Shown: positions 12,255-22,790 of the stretch, piece by piece | Position numbering within the stretch: the first letter of the stretch is position 1 | Layout: each line of letters opens with the position of its first letter | NCBI RefSeq assembly: GCF_963921235.1 | Contig: NC_086108.1 | Span: 23,870,001 to 23,934,000 of the forward strand | Direction of reading: 5' to 3' | DNA length: 64,000 bases | Origin: Mobula hypostoma | Taxonomy: Eukaryota | Position numbers and translations under genes: made by a program | Notes under the pieces: generated by a model | The model's database searches: none | What the model was told of the DNA's origin: nothing | Seen by the model: the letters and a program-made list of their open reading frames with translations, nothing else

Positions 12255-13720
12255 TGGCTATACTTTATCAGGAGTTTGAAGAGGTTTGGCATGTTAACAA
12301 ATACACTCAAAAACTTCTATAGTTATACCGTGGAGACAGGCTGCATCACTGTCTGGTATGGAGGCGCTATTGAACAGGACCAAAAGAAGCTGCAGAGGGT
12401 TGTAAATCTAGTCAGCTCCATCTTGGGTACTAGCCTACTGTTACATACTTCAAGGAGATCGTGTGACTTTCTTGTGAGAATGATGTATTGGTCTTTTGGA
12501 GGTCACATGATGTAATTTTCCCACTGATGTGAGGTCACGTGATGACATGTTCACCACGGGTATAAAAGGGAAGACCTCAGGTGACGCAGTTAGTTTTTAG
12601 TTTTCCAGCTAGAACGTTCGTCTATGTCTCCGGTTCTGTTGCATATTTGCTTTATGACGCAGTTTCATTTTTAAAATGGAGTTTTAGGTTCTATTGCAAG
12701 GCATAATAGTGATGGACTGGCAATTTCTATTAGATTTGTCGATGTACCTTTTCAGAAGTAGGGGAGAGTGAAGACTTTATCAAAGTACAGGATATGAAGG
12801 ATTAAATTAAGTCAAAACTGTTCGGCAGTTTAATAAAGGATCGACCTTATTGAGTCTTCGTTGAAGAAGTAGCGACCTGCATCGTAGATAACTCTTGCCA
12901 AAAGAAAAAGGAAGTTCATGCAAGGTGCTCTCTAGAAATTAAGGTCAGTTGTTTTAAGCCATTTATTTCCTTCATCGTGAATCCTTTGGACAGAACCAAC
13001 AGGAAAGTCGTGTCTATGAAGAAATCCTTCTCCAGAGAAGTCTCTCCCAATTGAATGTATAAATCTGTTGGACTTTCGAATTTACCATTTTAAGAACTGT
13101 ACTTTGACTTTACCATTTTAAGAGCTGTTTTCACATTTATCGCTTTAAGAATCAGTACCTAGTGACGATTTGTTGAACAGCCGCATAGCAGTTAACTTCC
13201 AGTTAAGGTTTTCGTTTGTTTTGTAATGTTTATCCGTGTTTAATAAATGTTTGGTTGTTTTTATATAACTTGACTCGATTGATATTCATTGTTGCCGGTT
13301 ACGTAACACTACGAAGTACCCAGGACATCTTTAGGAAGCGGTGACACAGAAAGGCAGCGTCTACTATTAAGGACCTCCAGCACCCAGGGCATGCCCTTTT
13401 CTCATTGTTACCATTAGGCAGGAGGTACAGAAGCCTGAAGGCACACACTCAACGATTCGGGAACAGCTTCTTCCCCTCTGCCATCTGATTCCTGAATGGA
13501 CATTGAATCTTTTGACATTACCTCACTTTTTAAAAAAATATACAGTATTTCTGTCCTTGCACAGTTTTAATCTATTCAATATACAAAATTGATTTACTGG
13601 TTTATTTATTATTATTTTTTTTCTCTCTCTGCTAGATTGTGTATTGCATTGAACTGCTAACAAATTTCACGTCACTTGCCGGTGACAATAAACCTGATTC
13701 TGATCCTGATTCTGATTCTG
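12255..13720 (+). mobile_element. 5'-truncated Rex1/Babar-type LINE, interrupted by a solo LTR
   Basis: LYFIRSLKRFGM...GCITVWYG...KKLQRVV before 12438 continues after 13312 as KAASTIKDLQHPGHALFSLLPLGRRYRSLKAHTQRFGNSFFPSAI. It ends in aataaa plus (ctgatt)n. Confidence 0.85.
12439..13308 (+). mobile_element. Solo LTR, 870 bp (probably Gypsy-type)
   Basis: TGTTAC...GTAACA termini, 4-bp TSD CTAC (12435-12438 and 13309-13312), TATAAAA near 12561 and AATAAA near 13242. The host LINE reading resumes across it. Confidence 0.9.
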
Positions 13721-14089
13721 ACTTGCGGACATTGGGCCTTGGACTTCCCCAGAGACTCGCAGACCCAGGTCTTCGGCCATCAAAGCACACGGTTTCCAGA
13801 CCCACAGACTTTGGTGGGTCAGTATCAACCCCAGAACTTGCTCATGACAGGACCCTGACCCGGACTCGCCAGCTTTCTATTCTTCATCATTGGTGGCTAG
13901 GCCTTCAATTGCTAAGACACTAAACACTGATATTCTCAAATCTGAATACCACATCCCTCCCACTTCCCTGTATCTACTCCTTAAAACCTATAATGTTTTC
14001 AGTCTCTGCTCATAAAATCTTCATAAGACCAGCCAACATTTGAATGATAATGCCTTGGGAATAGGTGACCCAGCATCTAGTGTCTATCC

Positions 14090-14410
14090 CTTGAGATGTG
14101 AGTATTGAGGTGCCTCTTGCAGAGAGAGTTAAGGCTTGGGATGGTCTAGAGTCACATGTAGGCTGACCAAGTAAAGATGGTACTATTCATCCTCCAATGA
14201 ACAACAGTGACCCACATGGATTCTTCCAATAATCTGGCAGTTAACATTACTCAGACTAAATGGTGAATTCTCACCTACTAGCAAATACCAGATTACTAAG
14301 TGAATTTAAATTCCATAGTTGGTATGGTGGAATTTGAACATATATCTCTGGATTGTTAATAAACATTTTTGGATTACTAGTCTGGTAACATCAGCACTGC
14401 CTTACCACTG
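14090..14410 (-). mobile_element. Old tRNA-headed SINE-like repeat
   Basis: The reverse complement has a tRNA-like head (ggcagtgctgatgttaccagactagtaatcc...gttcaaattccacc). Heavily decayed. Confidence 0.5.
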
Positions 14411-16056
14411 CACTTTATTTCATTGAAGATGTGATAACAAAAGAAAATATGCTGATTTTAGCTAGCACCCGGTTTGAATGCATGCAAGCAGTACTTCTGA
14501 TTAATACAGGGCAAATGACCTTTACAATTCTAAAATAGCTACAAATTATGGACAAGAGAATTTTATTTTTGATTCAGATGAATTATTTGGACCATGACCA
14601 CTGGCCACCCTTTCAAAATGCTTGATTCTTCATGAGCCTGTTTTTTACTGCTGGCAAGTGCTCACCTCAGTTGAGTACATAAGAGACCATTACATTCTGT
14701 GAAATGCTCTTTTCTTTTGCTGGTAAGTCACTGCTGTTCTCTCGCTTTCTTTTTCTGTATGTAGCTATCTCAGGAGATTGAAAGAGATTGTGCCCTTGTT
14801 TGAAGGACATCATTTGCCACTGAGATTTTACTGTGTCTGACTCCCAAACTCATAGCCCCTAATGACAGCACAAGTGGGGCCAGAAGCAACAAGAAATGAT
14901 TTGCAGGTATTCAAGATGCCAAAAAAAACATTACAATCAGGTTTCCAGGGATTGGTTAAATGCAAAAGATGACATTATCATGTAATTGCCTTGTGGTCTG
15001 TGTCTCAATTGCTATGCCCAACTATAGTTTGATAGATGAAGGATGAGGTTTATTAATCAAGCAAAGCAGGCTATAGCAGAAGCTGTAAATGGAAAATAAA
15101 AACAGGAAGTACTGGAAATGCACAGCAAGTCAAACAGTGTTGACTGAGAGGCACAAACTGTTGAATGTTTCAGAATTTACATCTGAGCTGGAAAATCTTA
15201 CAGTCCTTGAAAGTCAGTCTGGAGGTTGTAGAATCAGAGTAGTGGTGAGTGAAGTTATCCACTCCAATTCAGGAGCCTGATGGTTGCAGGATAAGAACCT
15301 GGTGGTATGGGACCTAAGGCTTTGTACCTCCTGACTGATGGTAGTAGCGAGAAGATGATGGAGATTTTTGATGATGAATGCTGCTTTCCTGAGGCAGTTC
15401 TCCATGTAACTATGCTCAATGGGGGGAGGGCATTACTTGTACCGTATAGACTAACCGGTAACCACTACATTTTGTAGACATTCTCGTTCCTGGGCATTAG
15501 TATTTCCCTACCAGGCCATGATGCAAATCAGTTAGGATGCTCTCTACTGTGCATTTATAGAAGTTTGTCAAATTTGGTGACACGCTAAATCTTACAGAGC
15601 TAAAGATGGCACTAGAGGACGACTTCTCCCAGCTCATCAGTGAAACAGTTAAATTCTTCCTATTCTATTGTCTCTATTTTCATTTCAGAGTGGCTGGCAT
15701 CCTATCAGAATTTTTGATTTACAGTGGCACCCAAAAACTGCGGTTCCGCATGACGGCATGTTCTCGTTCTTGGAGCTTGCTGATCAGCCGCACTTCAGTA
15801 TGTCCAGACTTGGCCTGAAGTCAGGCAACTTCAGGGCTTGCACAGCACTGTGGACACAAATTCTCACCAGTGTCACGTACTGGATTGTAGCGGGAGCCGG
15901 CACATCAAAGACAGCAAGAGTGGCTGTCAGAGGGCTCTGCACTCAGTAATCGATTTGCTGATTCTTGGGTCGGGGAACTCGAAATAAAAAAACAACAACA
16001 CACATCAAAGTTGCTGGTGAACGCAGCAGGCCAAGCAGCATCTATAGGAAGAGGCG

Positions 16057-16094
16057 CAGTCGACGTTTCAGGCCGAGACCCTTCGTCAGGTTAG
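16057..16094 (-). ncRNA. Mirror-image minimal hammerhead motif on the minus strand
   Basis: Minus reads CTGACGA AGGGTCTCGGCCT GAAA CGTC GACTG. The core is intact, but the 5' strand of stem I (ctaac) is disrupted at the palindrome centre. Confidence 0.6.
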
Positions 16095-16129
16095 TCCTGA
16101 CGAAGGGTCTCGGCCTGAAACGTCAACTG
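16092..16129 (+). ncRNA. Minimal type I hammerhead ribozyme motif (Penelope type)
   Basis: CTGACGA (16097-16103), stem II AGG-gtctcgg-CCT, GAAA (16117-16120), then CGTC with predicted cleavage after 16124. Stem I is tagtc/aactg, with the first pair broken by A16125. Confidence 0.7.
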
Positions 16130-19100
16130 CGCCTCTTCCTATAGATGCTGCTTGGCCTGCTGCGTTCACCAGCAACTTTGATGTGTGTTGCTTGAATTTC
16201 CAGCATCTGCAGAATTCCTGTTGTTTGCATAAAAAAACAACATTTCAGATTGACTGTAACATCGAAATAGCAAATGTTGTCCCACCTGTTGCTGTGGAAG
16301 GAGTGATATCTGTATCTTTCGTGTTAGTGAGAGTCTGTGGGATGTCAAAATGTTGGCGTGAACAGTTAGTTTTTGATGGACTGTAAATCGTGGTCTCTCT
16401 TTGGGGACTTTGCTTTTGCTTACATGGTGGGTGGTGGGAATGCTGATGCTTTATGCTAGAATAATTTGGGGAGGGGAAGGTTGATGCTACTTGCTGCTTC
16501 CTATGTGTGTGGGGGGGGGCAGGGGCTTTGTGATTCTTGTCTTTTTTCTGTCACTCATCCTTTGGGGTTTTTTTCTGTTTTGAGGATGTCTGTGGAGAGT
16601 ATGAACTTCAGGTTGCATATTGTATACATTCTCTGATATTAAATGGAACTATTGAACTATACAAACTTTTAAGAAAGTAGAGGTGTGGTCATGCATTCTT
16701 TCTGTTGACAGTTATGCTTGATACCAGGACAGATTCTTTGATTTTTTAATGCTAAGGAATTTAAAGCTACTGACCCTCTTCACCTCTAATCCTCTAGCAA
16801 AGACTGGCTCATGGACTTTTGGGTTCTGCCTCCTGTGGTTGATAATTAGCTCTTTGTTTCGCTGGCATTCAGTGAGAGATTGTTGTTATGGCATCACTCA
16901 CATTTTCAATTTCCCTCCTGCATGGCAATTCATTACCACCTCTGATTCAACCAATAACAGTGGCATCATCAGCAAAATAAAAAAAAATATGTCATTGGGG
17001 CTGTACTTTGCCACATTATCATAAGTATAAAGTGAGTGAGCAAGGAGTTAAGCACACAGCACAGTGACGCACCTATGGTAATGGTGAGTGTGGAGGAGAT
17101 GTTGTTACCAGTCTGTATTAACGGGCCTGTCAGTGAGGAGAGCCTTCTTCACCGAACAGACCAATGTTCATCACTCTATATTAGAAAGCTAAAAACTGCC
17201 CACACATCCACTCCACCTGACTCATAGCATGTGGAGGCAAGAAACTGTAAAAGCAACAATAGATTAAATAATTACTTCACCGCAGGAAGCTACTTACTCC
17301 ATTGCTGCTTTAGGGGAAGCTTTTAGAGTCAACTGACCTTCTATCCAATCCTCCTCTACCACCCTGTAAATTTCTCATCTCTTTTGTTCCATTTCCCCTT
17401 TGCAAACCATAAAATCTTGACTTTTTTGTCAAGTGAAGGTGCCATAATCCAGGTAAAATTGCAGTTTCTTATAGTGATGGTGAGAGCAATAAATGATTCA
17501 AGAGTGGCAAAAGAATAAGTGATTTAATTTGGCTTTAGGAAACTGGCATATATGCACAGCTTGTCTTAGTCAGGGTTGAGCTTTTGAGTGAGAATTTAAG
17601 TGCACTGACCTCTCTTCTATTCTAGTAATACTACATGTGGACAACTAAAACAAAAATCTTTGGTGCTTGTCTGGCCTAGATCCCATTGCTGGGGTCAGCA
17701 GGAGCAGTCACTAGAGTGAGTTGCCCTCCACTCGAATGGTGACTGATCTTGATGAATCGAGGCTGAGGAAAGGGAAATGGCAGAGTACAGAGTTTCAGTC
17801 CTTTGCTGTTGCTGACCCCTGGAATCTTGAGTGTTATATTCCCAACTTTGATTCCTGCTCCTGGTGATAGAATAGAGGGTGCATAATGTGTCAAAGAGCC
17901 CTTCGACGTTCACCATAATTGATTCTGGTGCACAGTGCAAAGGTACCTAACTGTGAACTATTACAAATATAGAAATAATTGCTGTTCCAGTGCAAAACAA
18001 CAGCACTGGCACCAAAATCCTCATCATAGCCTTAAACAGTTCCCCACTTTATAATGCTTTAGCAATAACTATAAAACATAAAGAGTATGTACAATGAAAC
18101 CGACATGTCTGTGATATCCAAACAGGGTCAGAATTGCCACTGTCCCCTTTCTTAACGGAACGTGAAAACTGAGAGTCTATCTGTAGTGAGATGGCAATGA
18201 CACGGCTCTGCAAAGGATGAGGAACCATTCAATGCAATCTGATTTTTAAAAAAATTGAAGACATAAATGTCATCCATCACTGGTCAGAAAAAATAGAATG
18301 GATGCCAATCATCCTGATGGAGTTCTTTTACGAGTCAAGACTGAAGATGGAATTGAAGAGGGAGCAATGCCATTTAAATATCACTATGTTGGGGATTCAG
18401 GCTACTTCAGTATTGGTCGCTGCTCAGCACATTCAGCACTGTGACATTTAAGCAGTAACTCTCTTTCCTTTCACTGCAAGCTCCCAGAACTGATCCAAAA
18501 CTAAAAATGCAGGACAGATGGAGGGACAGAATTCAAAGCTGTGCAACAGGGACCAGGCACTGTGGCTTTGAGGGAGAGTTACATGTTGATTATCTTTGAC
18601 TGGCTACAAACTGGCTGGATCAGTTTCCAGCACAGCAACTTGAAACAAGAATTTGTTGGTGGAATTGAGAAAGCAGATACTCAAAATGGTGCAGCAGCAG
18701 TGACATAAAGCTACTGTTTCTCTTCCGTAAATGTCAGAATGAGACAGCACAAATGGTTTTGAAGGGCACTTCTTCCTGCATGATATTTTATTATCTTTTC
18801 CTGCTAGTGGTATCTACATCTGAGCCATATATTAATTTTGTTAAACAGTCAAAAGTAATTGGCTAAGGTATTGTGCATCAGTGTCCACATTTTGTCTCTA
18901 AGACCATGTAAGTATGAGTCCCTTGTTTAATGTTTCATATTTTTCATGTTTCTGTCTGTAATAAATAAGTAAATCTATATGAGCCTTTTATACTCATATT
19001 CCAGCCTTCCCAGGTTGGGCAGACCCAGTGTGTTTCTGTAGATCCTTACCCTTTACAGCTCTGCTTTCTAAATAAAGGTATTTTGCAAAAAAAAAGACGT

Positions 19101-19634
19101 GGAATGGTATCAAAATACAGTACATCTGCACAGTCTGGTCTATAGTTCCTTATCCAAATATTCTTCTCACCTGAAAACTACATGACGTAAATTTCCTATG
19201 AGCAATGTAGCAAAAGACCAGCAAGTGATTAAAACATTTTTAAAGTGGGCTGCAGTGCAAGTGATAATCATTGGAGATGCTTTCCTAGATGTTTTGTGTG
19301 CATGAGATGTGCAGCACACCTTGCTCTACTCTGCGAGCATTTCCGGATGAGTGACACAATGAGGATCAAACAGTACTTTGTACCATACATTCTTACAATC
19401 TGTTTGATATCTTTCAATATGTCCTGTTCTAAAACCAGCTATCTTTCAATTTTGCTTCTTCCAATTTTCCATATGAATTGTTGTGCATCTGATTCTATGT
19501 GCTGTGATGCTGCTGGGTGTAACCTTTGTATGTGAAATAAATTTGTTCTTGGGTTTGACTAAGTTACTGAAATATGCCTGTATTATGTCACTAAAACTTT
19601 ACAGTTTTTGGCATTGTTAGCTTATAATATAGCC

Positions 19635-21335
19635 ACACCGGGCTCATCAATGATTATCATCTGTATCAATGACTTGGAAGAGAATACACAAGACATGACT
19701 AATAAGCTTGGAGAAATTTAGAGTAGGAGGAGCTAATGATGGCGAAGCGGTTTTTGTAGACCTTGATGATATCTTCCAGTATATCCGCAAAACAGTCTCT
19801 TTCTCATGCCCCTTCTTTCCTTTTCAAGGAAGCTGGGGTCCTGTCAGAGTTCACGATCTACAGCTATGTTCAAGCTACATTCTTCGTGGGTAGTGGGTTG
19901 TTGTTCTCAGAACTCCCAGGGTGGCCTGCGTTTCGGGATCTCCAGGAGTGGCTTGGAAGATGTGCGCCTTTGGGTTGTGGCCTTGTGGACGATCCGATTC
20001 CTCGCTGACTGAAGTTTCGCAGGAGATCAAAACATGGAGGCAGCCAGACGCCTCTGCACTTGAGCAATCTCTTTCTCTTGATGGTGAGAGAGAGTCTGCT
20101 CATTCTCGAGTCCGAGGAACTCGAATAAGCGACGCTGCAGATCGTAACATCGAAACAGTGAGCTGTTGGCCACCCTTTTTGCTGTGGCAGGAATGGTATC
20201 TCTCTCCCTCCCTCACTAGGGAGAGAGAGAACCTGTTTGACATAGCTACAGTAAGTGTTGGGATGGATAGTAGTTGGTGAAGGACTCTGGATCATAGTCT
20301 CTGAGGGCTTTGCTTTTGCTTGCATGGTGGGTGGTGTGGTGGGGGTTGATACTTTTGCTGGAGCAATTGGGGTGGTGGGAAAAAAGGGGTTGATGCTTTT
20401 TCTGCTGCTTGCATGTGGGAGGGGAGGGGGCTTTGGGGCTGTAACGTTTTTCTGTCATTCTTCTTTTGCTTTTTTTTTCATCTGCAAAGAGTAAGGATTT
20501 CAGGTTGCAGTGTATACATTCCTTGATATTAAGTAAAACCATTAAACCATGGAACTAAAATAGATTGTGTTATTAGCAGAAAAGATAGTTATCATGATTT
20601 ATGGAGAGATTTTGATCAGCTAGCTAAGTGGGTATTCTGAAGTGCAAATAGAGTTTAATTCAGACAAGTTTGAGGTATTGCATTTTGTAAAGACACATAA
20701 GTGTTGGACTTTCATCGTGTATGGTAACACCCTGGGCAAGTTCATAGAACATAGAGATCTAGGAGTGCAAGAACACGGTTCCCTGAAAGTAGCATTGCAG
20801 GTGGACAGGATGGCAATTAAGGCATTTGGTATGTTGACCTTCATCAGTCAGCGTGTAGAAGTTGGAATGTTATACTGCAAGTGTATAAGATGATGGTGAG
20901 GACGCATCTGTAATATTCTATTCACTTTCTGGATTATGGAGAGATTTTGAGCAGATTGGTCCCTTTTTCAGTGGCATGTAAGAGAATGATGGATGATTTT
21001 ATGCAGGTGTGTAAAATTATGAGAAGCCTAGATAGGGTGAATATGTACATTCCTTTCCCAGGGTTGGGTAATCAAGAACTAGAGGGCGTAGGTTTATGGT
21101 GAGAGGAGAGAGATTTAATTGGAACCTGAGGGGCAATTTTCCGCCCAGAGTGTGGTTAGTATATGGAACGAGCTGCCAAATGAAGCACTTGAGAAAGGTT
21201 TGTCAACAACATTTCAAAGGTTCTTGGATACGAAAAGTTTAGAGAGATATGGGACAAACACAGAAATGGGAATCACTTAGATGGGAATCTTGGTTGGCCA
21301 AAAGGTCAGATTCCATGCTGTATGACTTATGACTT
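19635..21335 (+). mobile_element. Decayed CR1 LINE 3' part (end of RT and 3' tail), interrupted by family A
   Basis: INDLEENTQDMTNK precedes 19710. After 20555 come TKI... and QIEFNSDKFEVLHF...RDLGVQEHGSLKVALQVDR, then a tail gggccaaaaggtc...ttccatgctgtatgact. Confidence 0.85.
19729..20552 (+). mobile_element. Non-coding retroposon family A, copy 2
   Basis: Starts ggagctaatgatggcg, contains ggaactcgaataagcgacg and ctttgcttttgcttgcatggtgggtgg, and ends gtatacattccttgatattaa. Confidence 0.7.
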
Positions 21336-21361
21336 AATATTTCTGCCCACTCAATTAACTA

Positions 21362-22635
21362 TAAGAACCTAGAACATAGAAATCTAAGCACATTACAGAC
21401 CATTCGGCTCACAATGTTGTGCCGACCATGTAACCTACTCTAGAAACTGTCCAGAATGACCCTACCACATAGCCCTCTATTTTTCTAAGCTCCATGTACT
21501 TATATAAGAGGCTCTTAAAATATCCTATTGTATCCGCCTCCATGACCATCCCCAGCAGTGTGTTCCACGCGCACACCAATCTGTTCAGAAAAACTTACCT
21601 CTGACATCCCCCTTGTATCTACTTCCAAGCACTTTAAAACTGTGCCCTCTCATGTTTGCTATTTCAGCCCTGCGAAAAAAACTCTGGCTATCCACATGAT
21701 CAGTGCCCCTCATCATCTTATACACCTCTATAAGATCACCTCTCATCCTCCGTCGCTCCAAGGAGAAAAGGCCAAGTTCACTTAACTTATTCTCATAAGG
21801 CACGCTCTCCAATCCAGGCAACATGCTTGTAAATCTCCTCCGCACTCTTTCTATAGTGTCCACATCCTTCCTGTAGTGAGGTGACCAGTACTGAACACAG
21901 TACTCCAAGTAGGGTCTAACTAAGATCTTATATAGCTGTAACATTATCACACAGCTTTTGAACTCAATCCCATGGTTGATGAATATCAACAGACCATACG
22001 CCTTCTTAACAACACTGTCAACCTGCGCCGCAGCTTTGAGTGACCTATGTACACGGACCCCAAGATCTCTCAGAACCTTCACACTGCCAAGAGTCTTACA
22101 ATTAATATTATATTCTGTCTTCAAATTTGACCTCCCAAAATGAACCACATCACACTTATCTGTGTTGTGCAGCAGCTTTGAGTGTCCTGTGGACTCGGAC
22201 CCCAAGATCCCTCTGATCCTCCACACTGCAAAGAGTCTTACTATTAATGCTATATTCTGTCATTCTATTTGACTACCCAAATGAACCACCTCACACTTAT
22301 CTGGGTTGAAGTCCATCTGCCACTTCTCAGCCCAGTTCTGCAAACTATCGATGTCCTGCTGTAACCTCTGATAACCCTCCAGACTATCCACAACACCTCC
22401 AACCTTTGTGTCATCAGCAAACTTACTAACCCACTCTTCTACTTCTTCATTCAGGTCATTTGTAAAAATCATAAAGATGAGGGGTCCCAGAACAGATTCC
22501 TGCAGAACAGCACTGGTAACCGACCTCCGTGCAGAATATGATTCATCTACAATCACCTTTGGGCAAGACAATTCTGGATACACAAAGCAAGGTCTCCTTG
22601 GATCCCATGCCCCCTTAGTTTCTGAATGAGTCTTG
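21362..22635 (-). mobile_element. CR1 LINE 3' part (RT C-terminus and tail), relatively well preserved
   Basis: ORF 22260-22667 reads VLQESVLGPLIFMIFTNDL...SKFADDTKVGG and ORF 21585-22226 reads LYKILVRPYLEYCVQYWSPH...LERRRMRGDLIEVYK. The tail repeat lies at about 21362-21385. Confidence 0.95.
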
Positions 22636-22649
22636 CACATGACCGCAGC

Positions 22650-22790
22650 CGTGTTGCTCATTTTCAAACCAGTACCATGGGATTTTTCATTTTCACTACA
22701 AAGATCCGAAGATGTATGAGTTTAGCATCTGAAGTGAAGGATGTCAGCTCTGACAATGTACCCCTTTCTTAATGAAACACTAGGAGCATG
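22650..22790 (-). mobile_element. Probable Deu-domain SINE remnant
   Basis: agtaccatgggatttttcat...gtttagcatctgaagtgaaggatgtcagctctgacaatgt resembles the reverse complement of the Deu domain as I recall it. Not checked by alignment. Confidence 0.45.

Larger units (their letters stand above)
11925..13870 (-). mobile_element. Family B retroposon, split by a Rex1-like insertion (pieces about 11925-12250 and 13722-13870)
   Basis: The left piece is the reverse complement of 3600-3785. The right piece (gactcgcagacc) resembles the reverse complement of 3470-3510. Confidence 0.55.
15996..16228. mobile_element. Young palindromic Penelope pLTR-derived insertion
   Basis: Arms 15996-16090 and 16096-16190 are reverse complements at 94 of 95 positions around a 5-nt loop. 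TSD ATAAAAAAACAACA lies at 15984-15997 and 16229-16242. Confidence 0.9.
15596..16660 (+). mobile_element. Non-coding retroposon family A, copy 1 (interrupted by the palindrome)
   Basis: Starts agagctaaagatggc and ends tgtatacattctctgatattaaatggaactattgaac. Shares blocks with 19729-20552 and 35712-36575. Confidence 0.75.
15230..17130 (-). mobile_element. Decayed Rex1/Babar-type LINE, split at about 15595/16660
   Basis: ORF 15214-15405 reads CLRKAAFIIKNLHH...SLRSHTTRF. The sequence is collinear with the uninterrupted copy at 30937-31880 (agaagtttgtcaaa ... aagtagagg). Confidence 0.75.

Noticed and set aside
19708..20542. Cluster of 60-150-aa ORFs in family A
   Set aside because: The peptides are not shared with the other two copies, so they are not a conserved coding region.
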